Source: Mobula hypostoma
Lineage: Eukaryota
Assembly: GCF_963921235.1 (NCBI RefSeq)
Contig: NC_086108.1
Span: 105,712,001-105,776,000, forward strand
Direction: 5' to 3'
DNA: 64,000 nucleotides
The position numbers and the translations under genes are program-made. The notes beneath the pieces are model-generated. The model ran no database searches and was not told the origin of the DNA. It saw nothing but the letters and a program-made list of their open reading frames with translations. Positions 12,756-26,036 of the stretch are shown one piece after another. Position 1 is the stretch's first letter. Every line of letters starts with the position of its first letter.

Positions 12756-12914
12756 GTAGGTACATCAAGGGGTGGGGCTTGGAGAGTCATGGGGCAAACA
12801 CAGACAACTGGAGGACATTGTGGGGTCAAGAGTCTGGTTCCGTGCTGTATGACTCTATTGTACTCACACTGGTATAGATTGGAGCCCAGAGAGGTGCTTC
12901 ATAAATGCTGAGAA

Positions 12915-13130
12915 GCGCACACAAAATGCTGGAGCAACTCAGCAGGTCAGGCAGCATCGATGAAGGGAATAAAGAGGCCACATTGTGGGCTTAAGCCCTT
13001 CACCAGTCCTGCTGAAGGGTCTCGGCCTGTTTATTCCCTTCCATTGGTGCTGCCTGACCTGCTGAGTTGCTCCAGCAGTTTGTGTGCGTGTTATTCTGGA
13101 TTCCCAGCATCTATCTGCAGAATCTCTTTC
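12915..13130. mobile_element. Palindromic mini-element made of two head-to-head Penelope 3' ends
   Basis: cgcacacaaaatgctggagcaactcagcaggtcaggcagca (from 12916) is mirrored by tgctgcctgacctgctgagttgctccagcagtttgtgtgcg (to 13088), with partial hammerhead sequence in the centre. Confidence 0.85.
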
Positions 13131-14957
13131 ATTTACAAATGCTAGTTTTTCTTTCCAGACCAAAGTTTTTTTCTTTAAGCCTCCCTCAGAGAGAGAGAGG
13201 AAAATAAGACGAATAAAATGCTTCATAAGGGGAAAAGGCAGTTGTGAACCGAGGAGGGATGAGAAGGGCAGTGTAGAGGGAGCTTTTCGTTTAGCTGTGT
13301 TCCATCTGACATGGGTGCACGTGGACCTGCTTGTCTCAATTGCTTCCTATTGCTTCATATCAGTATAACTGATTGTTTTAAATGATGTGCTCGGTCATTA
13401 CACAGTAAATGGAGACCTCCAGGGACGCATTTTAAAAACGTATATTACATATCTTCTCCATTAATTAAGATTATTTTCCGTGAAATTCCTTGTGACAGTT
13501 CAGTAACCATGGTGTGGAAATTAACCCAAGACGAATACTAAATGGTCTTTAGTGACTGTGACGCTGTTTAATTAAATTATTGCGACAAATGATAATCAGT
13601 TCTGAATAGGTACGCTCCTTGGGATGGCATGAAGTCGTTAGCTGTTTCTTTTCCGCTTAGAATTCGGTAGAATTGAACATGTCTTCAGCAGCCTTTATTC
13701 AGGATCAATTTATTTTTTTTCTAACTGTTCCCACCCCCATGTTATAACCGGACCATGACCCACCTACAGGTGGACGCTACAACCTGTAGAAAATATTGCC
13801 CAACGCATTACCGGCACCAGCCTAACCCCCATTACGGACATATATATGGAAAGGTGCCAGGAAAAAGGCTAACGCATCATGAAGTGTTCTACCCACCCTG
13901 CTCATGGACGGTTTGTCCCAAACCCATCAGGAGGAGGCTACGTAGAATACATGACAGGATCATTAAACTCAAAAATACCTGCAGGAAAATGAAGCTCAGA
14001 GCCGTATATGGTGACACATATGTACTTTGATAACAAATTTACTTTGAACTTTGAACTTTAAAAAAATAGTTTCTTCCTTCTAGCTTGTACTCCTTCCACT
14101 CCCCACCACCTTCTTATTCGGCTTATTACCAATTCCTTCCCAATCCCGATGAAGGGTCTCGTCCTGAAATGTCAACAGTTTATTCCTCTCCATAGATGCT
14201 GCCTGACCTGCTGAGCTCCTCCAGCATTTTGTGTGTGTTGCTCTGGATTTCCGGTACCTCAAAGTTCGAAGTACATTTATTATCACAGTATGTATACATT
14301 ATACAACCCTGAGGTTCGCCACAAAATAAAGAAACCCTAGGGGTCAGGGTTGGTCAACAATCCCTCCCATTAACCCACCCCATCACAATCCCCCACCACC
14401 GCTGCTTTATCACTTCCTGTCAGAGTCACCTAATGCACAGATATACCTGTGCCTAGCACCACTTTATGGACATACAGTCAGTCTCTGTATATATGCTATC
14501 TTATGTATATATGGCAAGACTCAAACAGCTACCTGTGCATTATGTTTTATTGGGTTGCTTTTTATACTTATTGTGTTTTCTACACTTATTCTATTTTCTT
14601 TATGTGGCATCAGATCTGGAGTAACAATCATTTTGCTCTCCCTTACTCTCGTGCACTGAAGAATGACAATGAACAGTCTTGAATTTTGAATCAGAGCATT
14701 TTGGATACAATGTGTCCCAGAGAACCGTGCGGGCATCGTCAAAAGAGGAAGCACAGGTGAAGTGAGGTCATCCCTCAGTAGACTGGCTTTCCCATTCTGT
14801 AGGCAGATTCAGAACTGACATGCGGAGGAAAGGGTCTGCATGCCATTCTGATCCAATCCTTAGCTTCATGTGCAGGATGACCACAGTAAAGAATGTTAAT
14901 AGGCACTGATTCATGATTCAAGTTCATTTGTCATGTTTACATTGAAACATACAGTGA

Positions 14958-17375
14958 GATAGAAACATAGAAAATAGGTGCAGGAGTAGGCCATTCGGCC
15001 CTTCGAGCCTGCACCGCCATTTATAATGATCATGGCTGATCATCCAACTCAGAACCCCGCCCCAGCCCTCCCTCCATACCCCCTGACCCCTGTAGCCACA
15101 AGGGCCATATCTAACTCCCTCTTAAACATAGCCAATGAACTGGCCTCAACAGTTTCCTGTGGCAGAGAATTCCACAGATTCACCACTCCCTGTGTGAAGA
15201 AGTTTTTCCTAATCTCGGTCCTAAAAGGCTTCCCCTCTATCCTCAAACTGTGGCCCCTCGTTCTGGACTTCCCCAACATCGGGAACAATCTTCCTGCATC
15301 CAGCCTGTCCAATCCCTTTAGGATCTTATACGTTTCAATCAGATCCCCCCTCAATCTTCTAAATTCCAACGAGTACAAGCCCAGTTCATCCAGTCTTTCT
15401 TCATATGAAAGTCCTGCCATCCCAGGAATCAATCTGGTGAACCTTCTTTGTACTCCCTCTATGGCAAAGATGTCTTTCCTCAGATTAGGGGACCAAAACT
15501 GCACACAATACTCCAGGTGTGGTCTCACCAAGGCCTTGTACAACTGCAGTAGTACCTTCCCTGCTCCTGTACTCGAATCCTCTCGCTATAAATGCCAGCA
15601 TACCATTTGCCTTTTTCACCGCCTGCTGTACCTGCATGCCCACTTTCAATGACTGGTGTATAATGACACCCAGGTCTCGTTGCACCTCCCCTTTTCCTAA
15701 TCGGCCACCATTCAGATAATAATCTGTTTTCCTATTTTTGCCACCAAAGTGGATAACTTCACATTTATCCACATTAAATTGCATCTGCCATGAGTTTGCC
15801 CACTCACCCAACCTATCCAAGTCACCCTGCATCCTCTTAGCATCCTCCTCCCTGCTAACACTGCCACCCAGCTTCGTGTCATCCGCAGACTTGGAGATGC
15901 TGCATTTAATTCCCTCATCCAAGTCATTAATATATATTGTAAACAACTGGGGTCCCAGCACTGAGCCTTGCGGTACCCCACTAGTCACCGCCTGCCATTC
16001 TGAAAAGGTCCCGTTTATTCCCACTCTTTGCTTCCTGTCTGCTAACCAATTCTCCACCCACACCAATACCTTACCCCCAATACCGTGTGCTTTAAGTTTG
16101 CACACTAATCTCCTGTGTGGGACCTTGTCAAAAGCCTTTTGAAAATCCAAATATACCACATCCACTGGTTCTCCCCTATCCACTCTACTAGTTACATCCT
16201 CAAAAAATTCTATGAGATTCGTCAGACATGATTTTCCTTTCACAAATCCATGCTGACTTTGTCCGATCATTTCACCGCTTTCCAAATGTGCTGTTATCAC
16301 ATCCTTGATAACTGACTCCAGCAGTTTCCCCACCACCGACGTTAGGCTAACCGGTCTATAATTCCCCGGTTTCTCTCTCCCTCCTTTTTTAAAAAGTGGG
16401 GTTACATTAGCCACCCTCCAATCCTCAGGAACTAGTCCAGAATCTAACGAGTTTTGAAAAATTATCACTAATGCATCCACTATTTCTTGGGCTACTTCCT
16501 TAAGCACTCTAGGATGCAGACCATCTGGCCCTGGGGATTTATCTGCCTTCAATCCCTTCAATTTACTTAACACCACTTCCCTACTAACATGTATTTCACT
16601 CAGTTCCTCCATCTCACTGGACCCTCTGTCCCTTACTATTTCTGGAAGATTATTTATGTCCTCCTTAGTGAAGACAGAACCAAAGTAATTATTCAATTGG
16701 TCTGCCATGTCCTTGCTCCCCATAATCAATTCACCTGTTTCTGTCTGCAGGGGACCTACATTTGTCTTTACCAGTCTTTTCCTTTTTACATATCTATAAA
16801 AGCTTTTACAGTCCGTTTTTATGTTCCCCGCCAGTTTTCTCTCACAATCTTTTTTCCCCTTCCTAATTAAGCCCTTTGTCCTCCTCTGCTGAACTCTGAA
16901 TTTCTCCCAGTCCTCAGGTGAGCCACTTTCTCTGGTTAATTTGTATGCTACTTCTTTGGAATTGATACTATCCCTAATTTCTCTTGTCAGCCACGGGTGC
17001 ACTACCTTCCTTGATTTATTCTTTTGCCAAACTGGGATGAATAATTGTTGTAGTTCATCCATGCAACTTTTAAATGCTTGCCATTGCATATCCACCGTCA
17101 ATCCTTTAAGTGTCATTTGCCAGTCTATCTTAGCTAATTCACCTCTCATACCTTCAAAGTTACCCCTCTTTAAGTTCAGAACCTTTGTTTCTGAATTAAC
17201 TATCTTACTCTCCATCTTAATGAAGAATTCCACCATATTATGGTCACTCTTACCCAAGGGGCCTCTCACGACAAGATCGCTAATTAACCCTTCCTCATTG
17301 CTCAAAACCCAGTCCAGAATAGCCTGCTCTCTAGTCGGTTCCTCGACATGTTGGTTCAAAAAACCATCTCGCATC
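14958..17375 (-). mobile_element. CR1 LINE, young 5'-truncated copy with nearly open ORF2
   Basis: ORF 15485..17374 (LDWVL, SDHN, KSPGPDGLHP, NYRPVSLTS, QHGF, LDFQKAFDKVPH, GVPQGSVLGP, SADD) continues as ORF 15049..15543 after one extra base near 15557. Intact 3' UTR and (TATGTTTC)n-type tail. Confidence 0.97.
15049..17374 (-). pseudogene. CR1 ORF2 (endonuclease end plus reverse transcriptase), one frameshift
   Basis: 629 aa and 164 aa ORFs in adjacent frames. SREGTT replaces the SREV(L/M)LQLY-type motif of sister copies; FADD reads SADD. Confidence 0.93.
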
Positions 17376-17544
17376 GGTTGCGTTAACGGTCAACACACCC
17401 AAGGGTGTGCTGGAGGCAGCCCACAAGTATTGCCTCACATTCTGGAACCAGCATAGCATGCACACAATACTTTGCAGAACAGCACTGAATGCAGCAAGCA
17501 ACAAAACAACAGCAGCAAAAGTAAGTTCCGTTCCTCCCTCCTAC

Positions 17545-17830
17545 GGGGGCATGGTAGCGTAGTAGCTAGCAGAACGGTGTACAGTACCAGAGACAGGGTT
17601 CGATTCCTGTTGCTCTTTGGAAGGAGTTTGTATGTTCTCCCCGTGACTGCATGGGTTTCCTTCACGTGCTCCAGTTTCCTCCCACAGTCCAAAGACGTAC
17701 CAGTTGATAGGTTAATTGGTCATTGAAATTTTCCCATGATTAGGCTACAGTAAATTGGGGGTTGCTGGCAGCATGACTTGAAGGGCCTATTCCATGCTGT
17801 ATCTCAATAAATAAAGAATAAATAAATAAA
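17545..17830 (+). mobile_element. tRNA-derived V-SINE
   Basis: A-box-like tggtagcgtagtagc, B box ggttcgattcc, V-domain ggagtttgtatgttctccccgtgactgcatgggtttcc...cccacagtccaaagac, (TAAA)n tail. Confidence 0.85.
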
Positions 17831-20654
17831 AATCACACAAACAAAGACCCTTAAAACCAAGACATGCCTCCAGCCTCCAGTGGGCCCAAAGGGCTTTGAC
17901 TTCCCCAGTGGACCTACAGAGATTCACAGACTCAACCCCAGCCTCAGCTTCCAGGCTTCCCATTTGCTCATCAGGCCTCGGTCCTCAGCATTAATTCCAG
18001 ATCAAGGAGATCACCGAACACTGGGCCTTGAGCTGCAGTCTCACCGATGCACAAACTCAGGGGCAACGTCTATCATCAATGACCCCCACCATCAGGGCCA
18101 TGCCATCTTCCCATTGCTACCATCAGACAGAAGGTACAGAAGCCTGAAGCCACAATGTGCGCTGGCAATATCGGAACCCAAGTGCGAAGGAAAGACAGAC
18201 TCTAAGGTAGGGATGGTGAGAAGTGACATTCTCAATACTAAGACCCTGTGATTAGCGCTGGTTGGGTGGCTATTTAAATAATACAAGTAACATGTAATCC
18301 CTGAGCCTATTAAAATAAACTTAATGAGCTTAAACAGAAGGCACTAGGGGACCACATTACAAACAGTGAGCCACTCGAGAAAAATGCAAGGAACTCTAAA
18401 CAATTACCGATTGTCGCTAAACAACAGTTAACCAATTCAGGTGGTCTAAAAACTTGACAGCCCGGTGCTCTCTGGCACCCCACACAGGCCTGAGCAAAGC
18501 TTGATCATTTTGATGACTTTGCTTGATAATGGACTGTTTTTATTTTTGCTTTGTTCTAGCTGTGTCCTTTCCTGTAAACGTGTGTATCATTTATGTTTAA
18601 TTTGTTTTCCTTGTGAAGGGTGCTTACATAATGCCATGTGCCTGTGATTCTGCTGCAAGTAAATTTTTCATTGCACCAGTGCATCCATGGACTTATGACA
18701 ATAAACTTGTCTTTGACTTTGAGAGAAAATAGTTTACTGAGAAATAAATACGTGCAAAAAGTGCTCAGAGGGGTGATTAAATCTGATAAGATTCTCTACT
18801 AGGGAATTTAAAAATATAAAATAAATGGAATCACTGAGCTTGTGAAGCGATTCCATTTGTGAAGCTAAATATTATTTTACATTTTAATATCTTTAATTAT
18901 TTGCAGGGATTTGAAAATGATTTTAATTATATTTAATTTTTAATGACACTTTAGAAGATATTTTAATTTTCTCTGGACAGCTTTTAAACCCTAAGAGTCC
19001 TCTCAATGGACTATGCCTCTACTTCTCACTGCCTCAGTAAAGCAGCCAGCACTAGCCAAGATCTCATTCATTTGTGACATTCTCTCTACTTCCCTCTTCT
19101 ATTGGTCAGAGGTTACAAAAGCCCGAAAACATGTACCATTAGGCTCAAGGACCATAAAACCATAAGACATAGGAGCAGAATTAGGCCATTCAGCCCCTCA
19201 GAATAGCTCTGCTATTCCCTCATAGCTGATTTATTATACCCATTCTCTTGCTTTCTCCCCATAACCTTTGATGCCCTGACTAATCAAGAACTAATCAATC
19301 ACTGCTTTAAATATACCCAAAGGACAGGTTCTATCCTGCTGTTAAAACATTATTAAATAGTTTCTTCATTTGGTATGTTGGACATGTGGCCTCACAATCT
19401 ATCCCATTAAGCCCTTGCATCTTATTCTCTACCTGCACTGCACTTTCTCTGTAACTATTGCACTTTATTCTGCATTGTTATCTTTTCCCCTTCAACTACC
19501 TCAGGATACTCATTCACTTATTCATTCATTATGTGCCCTGTCATATGACGTGGCCAATTATGGTCTTGACCGTGATTGTTCTTGGCAAATTTTTCTACAG
19601 AAGTGGTTTGCCATTGCCTTCCTCTGGGCAGTGTCCCTACAAGACAGGTGACCCCAGCCATTATCAACACTCTTCAGAGATTGCCTGCCTGGTGTCAGTG
19701 GTCGCATAACCAGGACTTGTGATATGCACCAGCTGTTCATACGACCATCCACCACCTGGTCCCATGGCTTCACATAACCCTGATCAGAGGCTAAGCGGGT
19801 GCTACACTTGCCCAAGGCTAGTGGAGAGAAGAAGCGCCTTAATCTACTTTAGTAGAGATGTATTTCCACCTACTACTCATCTCAGTGCACAATGTAATGA
19901 ATCGATCTGTATTAGCGGGGTGCTAAGACAAGCTTTACACTGAACCTTAGTACATGTGAAAATAATAAATAAATTCTGATTCCAAATCCATTTACGGACA
20001 GTACAAAGTCTTTCAATACCTGGTGATATATAGACAGGGAGTGGGGAGAAACTTGGCTTTGTCTGCAGGGAGGTAGTGTGGGGCCCAGTGGGGGACCCAG
20101 CTGGACTGACCAGTAATCCAAGAATGGGCCTGAGTGACAGGACCTCAGTCCACCTCATGGATGGTCACCTTGTCCAGCCATTTGGAACAGATCTGTGTGG
20201 GGGAGTCAACGATGAAGAGATGAACAAATGCCTTGGGTGGAATTCAAGACCTATTTCAAATTTACCAGTTCATCATGAAAAAGTGCATTCCAACTCAGCT
20301 CTCACCCACCCCACACTTTCATAATCTACTTTGTAAGAAGTTTAAGGTGATTTGCTATGCAACCAAAGTTTCTTACAATTTCCTATAGGTATACAGAGCA
20401 GATCATTCTGACTGGATCTACTTCCATCTGGCATGGAGGCTCCAATGCACAGGATCTCAAGGGGCTACAGTGGGTTGCAGAATCAGCCATCTCCATCAAG
20501 GGTACAACCTTTCTCTCCATCGAGGGTATTTTAAGAAGCATTGCCTCATGAAAGTGACTTCCATCACAACAAATAATCTTCCCCTTACCACTATCAGTAT
20601 AGTGGAACAGGAGCCTGAAGACCCACATTCACTGATTCAGAAAAACTTCTTCAT

Positions 20655-21120
20655 CGGTTATCTCCATCTTAGGGTGGAGGAACAACACCTTATATTCCAG
20701 CCTCCAATTTGATCAGTTGAATATCAATTTCTCCTTCCAGTTAAAGAAATGTTTCCCTCCCCTTCCCCTATTCCTCTATTCCCCACTTTGGCCTTTTACC
20801 TCTTCTCACCTGCCTCTCACTTCCCTCTAGGTTCCCTCCTCCTTCACTTTCTCCTATGATCCACTCTCCTACTCTAGAAGATTCCTTCTTCACCAGCCCT
20901 TTACCTTTCCCACTCACCTGGCTTCACCTATCACCTCCCAGATAGTCCTCCTTCCCCTTCCCCACACCTTTTTGTGTTGACATCTTCCCCCTTCCACTCC
21001 AGTCCTGAAGAAGGCTCTTGGGCCCGAAACATTGATTTTTTTTAAAAATTCATTTCCATAGATACTGCCTGACCTGCTGAGTTCCTCCAGCACTTCGTGT
21101 GTGTTCCTTTGGATTTCATA
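20655..21120 (+). mobile_element. Penelope 3' end remnant
   Basis: Encodes LRVEEQHLIF (compare LRLEEQHLIF), then the pyrimidine tail and hammerhead-like agtcctgaagaagg...cccgaaacattgat at about 21001-21036. Confidence 0.85.
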
Positions 21121-21179
21121 AATGATGTTGCATGCAGGGGAAACAGATTCAGAAACAGAAAAATAATACTACAGTAATG

Positions 21180-21630
21180 TTTATGGGTTCATTGTCCTTA
21201 CATCAATTTAATGGCGGAAGTGAAGAAGCTGTTCCTGAAATGTTGAGTGTGCGTCTTCTGGCTCCTGTACCTCTTCCTTGATGGTAGCAATGAGAGGAGG
21301 GCATGTACTGGATGATGGAGGTCCTTAATGATGGATGCCTTCATTTGGAGGCAACACCTTTTGAAGATGTCCTCGATGCTGAGGAGGTCAGTGCCCATGA
21401 TGGAGCTGGCTGAGATTACAACCTCCTGCAGCTTTTTTCCAATTCTGTGCAGTGGCCCCTCTGCACCAGGTGGTGATGCAACCAGTAAGAATGTCTCCAC
21501 GGTACATCTGTAGAAATTTGCTACAGTCTTTGGAGACTTACAAAGTCTCCACAGAATCCTAATGAAACATAGTTGCTACTGTGCATTCTTTGTAATTGTG
21601 TCAATATGTTCGGCCCAGGATAGATTCCTA
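21180..21630 (-). mobile_element. Rex1/Babar 3' fragment
   Basis: ORF 21198..21500: ASIIKDLHHPVHALLSLLPSRKRYRS, RNSFF. Confidence 0.85.
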
Positions 21631-21699
21631 AGTACATGTACCATGAAGAAGTGAAAGTGGGGGCTGACAACTAATTATATACAGTTATCAATGAGTTAT

Positions 21700-22300
21700 A
21701 ACCATAAGACCATAGAATATAGAAGCAGAATTAGGATATTCGGCCCATCGAGTCTGCTCTGCCATTTCATAATGGCAGGTCCATTTCTCTCTCAACCCCA
21801 ATCTCCTCTCTTCTTCCCATATCTCTTTATACTCTGACTACTCAAGATTATATCAACCTTTGATTTCAATATACACAAAGACTTCACCTCCACAACTGCC
21901 TGTAGCAATGAATTCCACAGACTCATCACTCCCTGGCTAAAGAAATCCCTCCTTATCTCTATTCTAAAAGGATGCCCCTCTAATCTGAGGCTGTGTCCTC
22001 TGGTCCTAAACTCCCCACTGTAGGAAACATGCTCTCCACTTCCACTCTACTGAGGCCTTTCAACATTTAATAGGGTTTCAACGAGGTTACCCCTCATTCT
22101 GAATTCCACAGAGAGAGGCCAGAACCATTAAACGGTCCTCATATGACAAGCCTTGCGATCCTGGAATCATCTTCACGAATGTTTGAACCCTCTCCAATGC
22201 CAGCACGTCCTTTGTTTAGATAAAGGGACCAAAACTGCTCAGAATGCTCCAAGTGAGGCCTCATTAGTGTTTTATAAAGCCTCAAAGTTACATCCTTTTT
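21700..22300 (-). mobile_element. Degenerate CR1 3' fragment
   Basis: Similar to 14960-15540 (aattccacagactcatcactccctgg, gggaccaaaactgc). Confidence 0.8.
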
Positions 22301-22589
22301 AAAATATCCTAGTGTACATCAACAGGTGTTCAGCAAACATACAGTGAAAAGTGTCATTTGTGTTAACAACCAATGCACCTTAGCATATGCTGGAGATGTC
22401 CACAGTGTTGCCATGCATTGGCATTCCAATTCCAAGACAGCACGCCCACAAAGTTCAGCAGAACAACACAAAGCGACAGCAGCAGCAACAGATCAAATCA
22501 AGAGATCGGCAGCAAACAAGCCCCTTTCCACACATAGATAGGCCTCCAACCTTAGGACAGGTCGCCTCTGGTGCAAGGAACCTTGGGGT

Positions 22590-23330
22590 CAGTGTAACAC
22601 ACAAAATATGCTGGAGGAGCTCAGCAGGTCAGGCAGAATCCATGGAAAGGAACAAACAGTCAACATTTTGGGCTAAGACCTTACACCAAGACCGGAAAAG
22701 AAGGGTGAGGAAGGGTGAAGAAGGTGATGGGTGAAGCCAGGGGGGTGGAGGAGAGGGGATGACGTAAGTAGCTGGGAGATGATAGGGAGAAAAGGTGTAC
22801 GGCTGGAGAAGATGGAATCTGATTGAAGAGGAGAGTGGAACAAGGGAGAAAGAGAAGGAGGAGAGGCATCGGGGGAGGTGGTAGTCAGGTGAGGAGAAGA
22901 GAAAAGGTAAAAGGGAGGCCAGAGTAGGGTAACAAAGAAGAGTGAAAGGAGAGATGGAAAATTACCAGAAGTTGGAGAAATCACTGCTCATGTCATCAGA
23001 TTAGAGGCTGCCCAAATGGAATGTGGTGTTGTTCCTCCGAACTGAGAGAGGCCTCTTTGCAGTGGTAAAGGAGGCCATGGACTGACATGGGAATGGGGAT
23101 TAGGATTAAAACTGGTAGCCACTGGGAAATCCTAATTCGACAAAGTGGTCCCCCAATCTACAATGTAGATCTCACCAATGTAGAGGAGTCCACGTCTGGA
23201 GCACCGGATGGAATAGAATGCCCCAACAGGGTCTCAGATGAAGTGTTGCCTCAACTGAAAGGACAGTTTGAGGCCCTGAATGGAAGTGAAGGAGGAGGTA
23301 AGTGGGCTTTCTTGCAGGGATAAGTGCGAG
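22590..23330 (-). mobile_element. Penelope GIY-YIG region and 3' tail remnant
   Basis: Colinear with 51160-51960 (gagcaccgga, gaagtgttgcctca, aaggacagtttgaggccctgaatgg). Confidence 0.85.
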
Positions 23331-23351
23331 GTTCTGAGGAATCTCTAAAGC

Positions 23352-24215
23352 AATACACACAAAATGCTGGAGGAACTCAGCAAGTAAGGCAGTATCTATG
23401 GAAATGAGTAAATAGTCGATGTTTCAGGCTGAGTCCCTTCCTCAGGACTAAGAAGAAAGGGGGAAGATGCCAGAATAAAAAGGAAGGGGGAGGAGAAAGA
23501 AACTAGCTGCAAGGTGATGGGTGAAGTCAGGTGCATGGGAAATGTCAAGGGCTGGAGAAGAAGGAATCTGATAGGAGAGGAATGTCATAGGAGAAAGAGA
23601 AGGAGGAGGAGGGGAACCAGGTGGAAGTGATAGGTAGGTGAAAGATAAAAAGGTCAGAGTGGAGAACAGAGGAAGGGAGAGGGGGCAGTTTGTCTACTGG
23701 AAGGAGAAATCAATATTTATGCCATCAGGTTGGAGGGTACCCAGACAGAATATAAGGTATTGCTCCTCCACTCTGAGGGTGGCCTCATCTTGGCACAAGA
23801 GGAGGCTATGGGCTGACACGGCAGAACAGAAATGGGAATTGGAATGAAAATGTTTGGCTACCAGGAAGGCCCACTTGTGGTGGATGGACTGCCCATCACT
23901 TCCCATGGCTCCCCTCCTCCTTCCCTTTCTCCTATGGTCCACTCTCTTCTCCTATCAGATTCTTTCTTCTCCCGCCCTTGACCTTTTCCACCTACCTGAC
24001 TTCACCTATCACCTTCCAGCTAGCCTCTTTTTACCCTCACCCTCATCTTTTTAATTCTGGCATCTCCCTCCTTCATTCTTAGTTCTGAAGAAGGCACTTG
24101 GCCCGAAGTACTGACTTTTTATTCATCTCCATAGATGCTGCCTGACCTGCTAAGGTCCTCCAGCATTTTGGGCATGTTGCTCTGGATTTCCAGCATCTGC
24201 AGACTTTCTGGTGTT
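23352..24215. mobile_element. Head-to-head inverted Penelope 3' ends
   Basis: 23352-23885 is on the minus strand (ORF 23694..23942: DEATLRVEEQYLIFCLGTLQPDGINIDFS); 23888-24215 is the tail on the plus strand. Confidence 0.8.
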
Positions 24216-24934
24216 TGTGATTTGCAGAATCTCTGGTGTTTATGAGCATACCCTATGCCTTCTTTACCACCCTGACTACTTGTATGGCTCTTGTGTCCTT
24301 GTATCTCTCCCATGTACAACACTGTTGTTTTCTATTTACACAAAGTGAATAAAAATAAGAGTTTTGCAATAAACTTGCCAGAAAACTGCCAGCTGAAATT
24401 GAAAGAAGCTTGTAATAGGCCTAAAGGTGGCTCCAACATCCAGGAGAAATCACTTTAAGGTTTATTGCCGAACTGCTGCATTTAGCAAGAACTCTGCCGG
24501 AACTGAATTAAATCAGACGTCAATAATAATATCAAAGGCAACAACCATAATGCTTCACGAGATACCCAGTGTTGATAACATCAGAGCATCTCCATTAAAG
24601 CAAATGCCTCCTGGGCTCTAGACAGGAGTCTATCTATGAGGGAACTGCTTGAAATGGAAGAACAAACCCTTAAACAAAGTGGCACATTAAAGGTTTAACA
24701 CAGCGCATTAAGTGTTTCCTTTCCCCATTAAACCCACAACACAATTTGCAGTAACTCAGGCAAAGGAGCAAATTGAAAGAATGAAATCTGGCAAAAGATC
24801 TTGCTCCTTCGGAATAAATTTTCAAAAACAAGGCCAAGGTCTAATACTTTTTTTCTCTCTCTGGTTCTCCAGTTTCAATGACTAATTGGATAACCTTTGC
24901 TCTGTGTGACACACAAGGCAGGATCTCTCGGTGG

Positions 24935-25505
24935 CTAGCCATTTCAGTTAGACTGTCTACGGCCTCCTCTACTGCATGGTGAGGCCAAACTCAGGTTGGA
25001 GGAACAACAGCCCATATTGTGTCGTATTCCAATATTCTGTCATAACCTGATGGCATGAACATCGATTTCTCTAACCTGGGAATTTCTCCCCCCTCCCTCA
25101 TTCCCATTCTTACCCCTTGCCTTCTCCTAACCTGCCTATTGGCTCTCTCTGGTTCCCCTCCCCCTTCTCTTTCTCCCATGGTCCGCTGTCATCTCCTATC
25201 AGATTCCTTCATTTTCAGCGCTTTACCTATTCCACCTAAGCCTTTACTGCTTCTTACCTCATCCACTTTCCCCCATCTACCCACATCACCCCTCACCTGG
25301 TCTCACCTGCCAGCTTATATTCCTTCCCATCCCCCCATCTTCTTATTCTGACTTCTACAATCCTTCCTTTCCAGTCCTGGTGAAGAGCCTCAGTCCAAAA
25401 TGTTGACAGTTTATTCCTCCCCATGGATGCTGCTTGACGTGTTGAGTTCTTCCAGAATTTTGTGTGTGGTGTTCAAGATTTCAAGCATCTGCAGTACCTT
25501 TTGTG
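24935..25505 (+). mobile_element. Penelope 3' end remnant
   Basis: ggcctcctctactgc...caggttggaggaacaac, MNIDFSN, pyrimidine tail, decayed hammerhead at about 25372-25410. Confidence 0.85.
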
Positions 25506-26036
25506 TTCTTAATTGGGACACCAGTTTTCCTGAATTCTCTGCCCTGGGATGCCTTACTCTTTTACAGTAATCACACAGTCTTCTTCTCACTCCATGATAC
25601 TCCTTTATGTTATGGCAATAATTGCAGCAGCTGCCACAAATCTGAGATAAAATCAGAAAATGTTCTGGCGTACTAATTAAGCAAGAATTCCTGATTAGAA
25701 CTATGATAGTTGTGACTGGTGTTCCTATAGTGTATACTGCTCCCAAGTGATCTATTTGCATGGATTAAACTTCAGACTTATACAAAATCTTTTGTTTTAT
25801 TCAGAGAGTATAATGGGTTCTTTCCACCTAAGAAAATAAAGATAGGGCTATTATTAACTTCTAGGATGTAGGCAAGGCTAGTATTTATTTCATGCTTGTT
25901 TATTGTAATCTGTATGACATATATACAACAAAACGAGACAATCTTCCTTCAGACCACAATGCACACACAAAACCTACGATACACACAGCACATGAAACAA
26001 AATATTGCCACAGAGAGATTAATAAAATATAATTCG

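Noticed and set aside
14958..17375. Active full-length CR1
   Set aside because: 5'-truncated within the endonuclease, one frameshift near 15557, and FADD changed to SADD.
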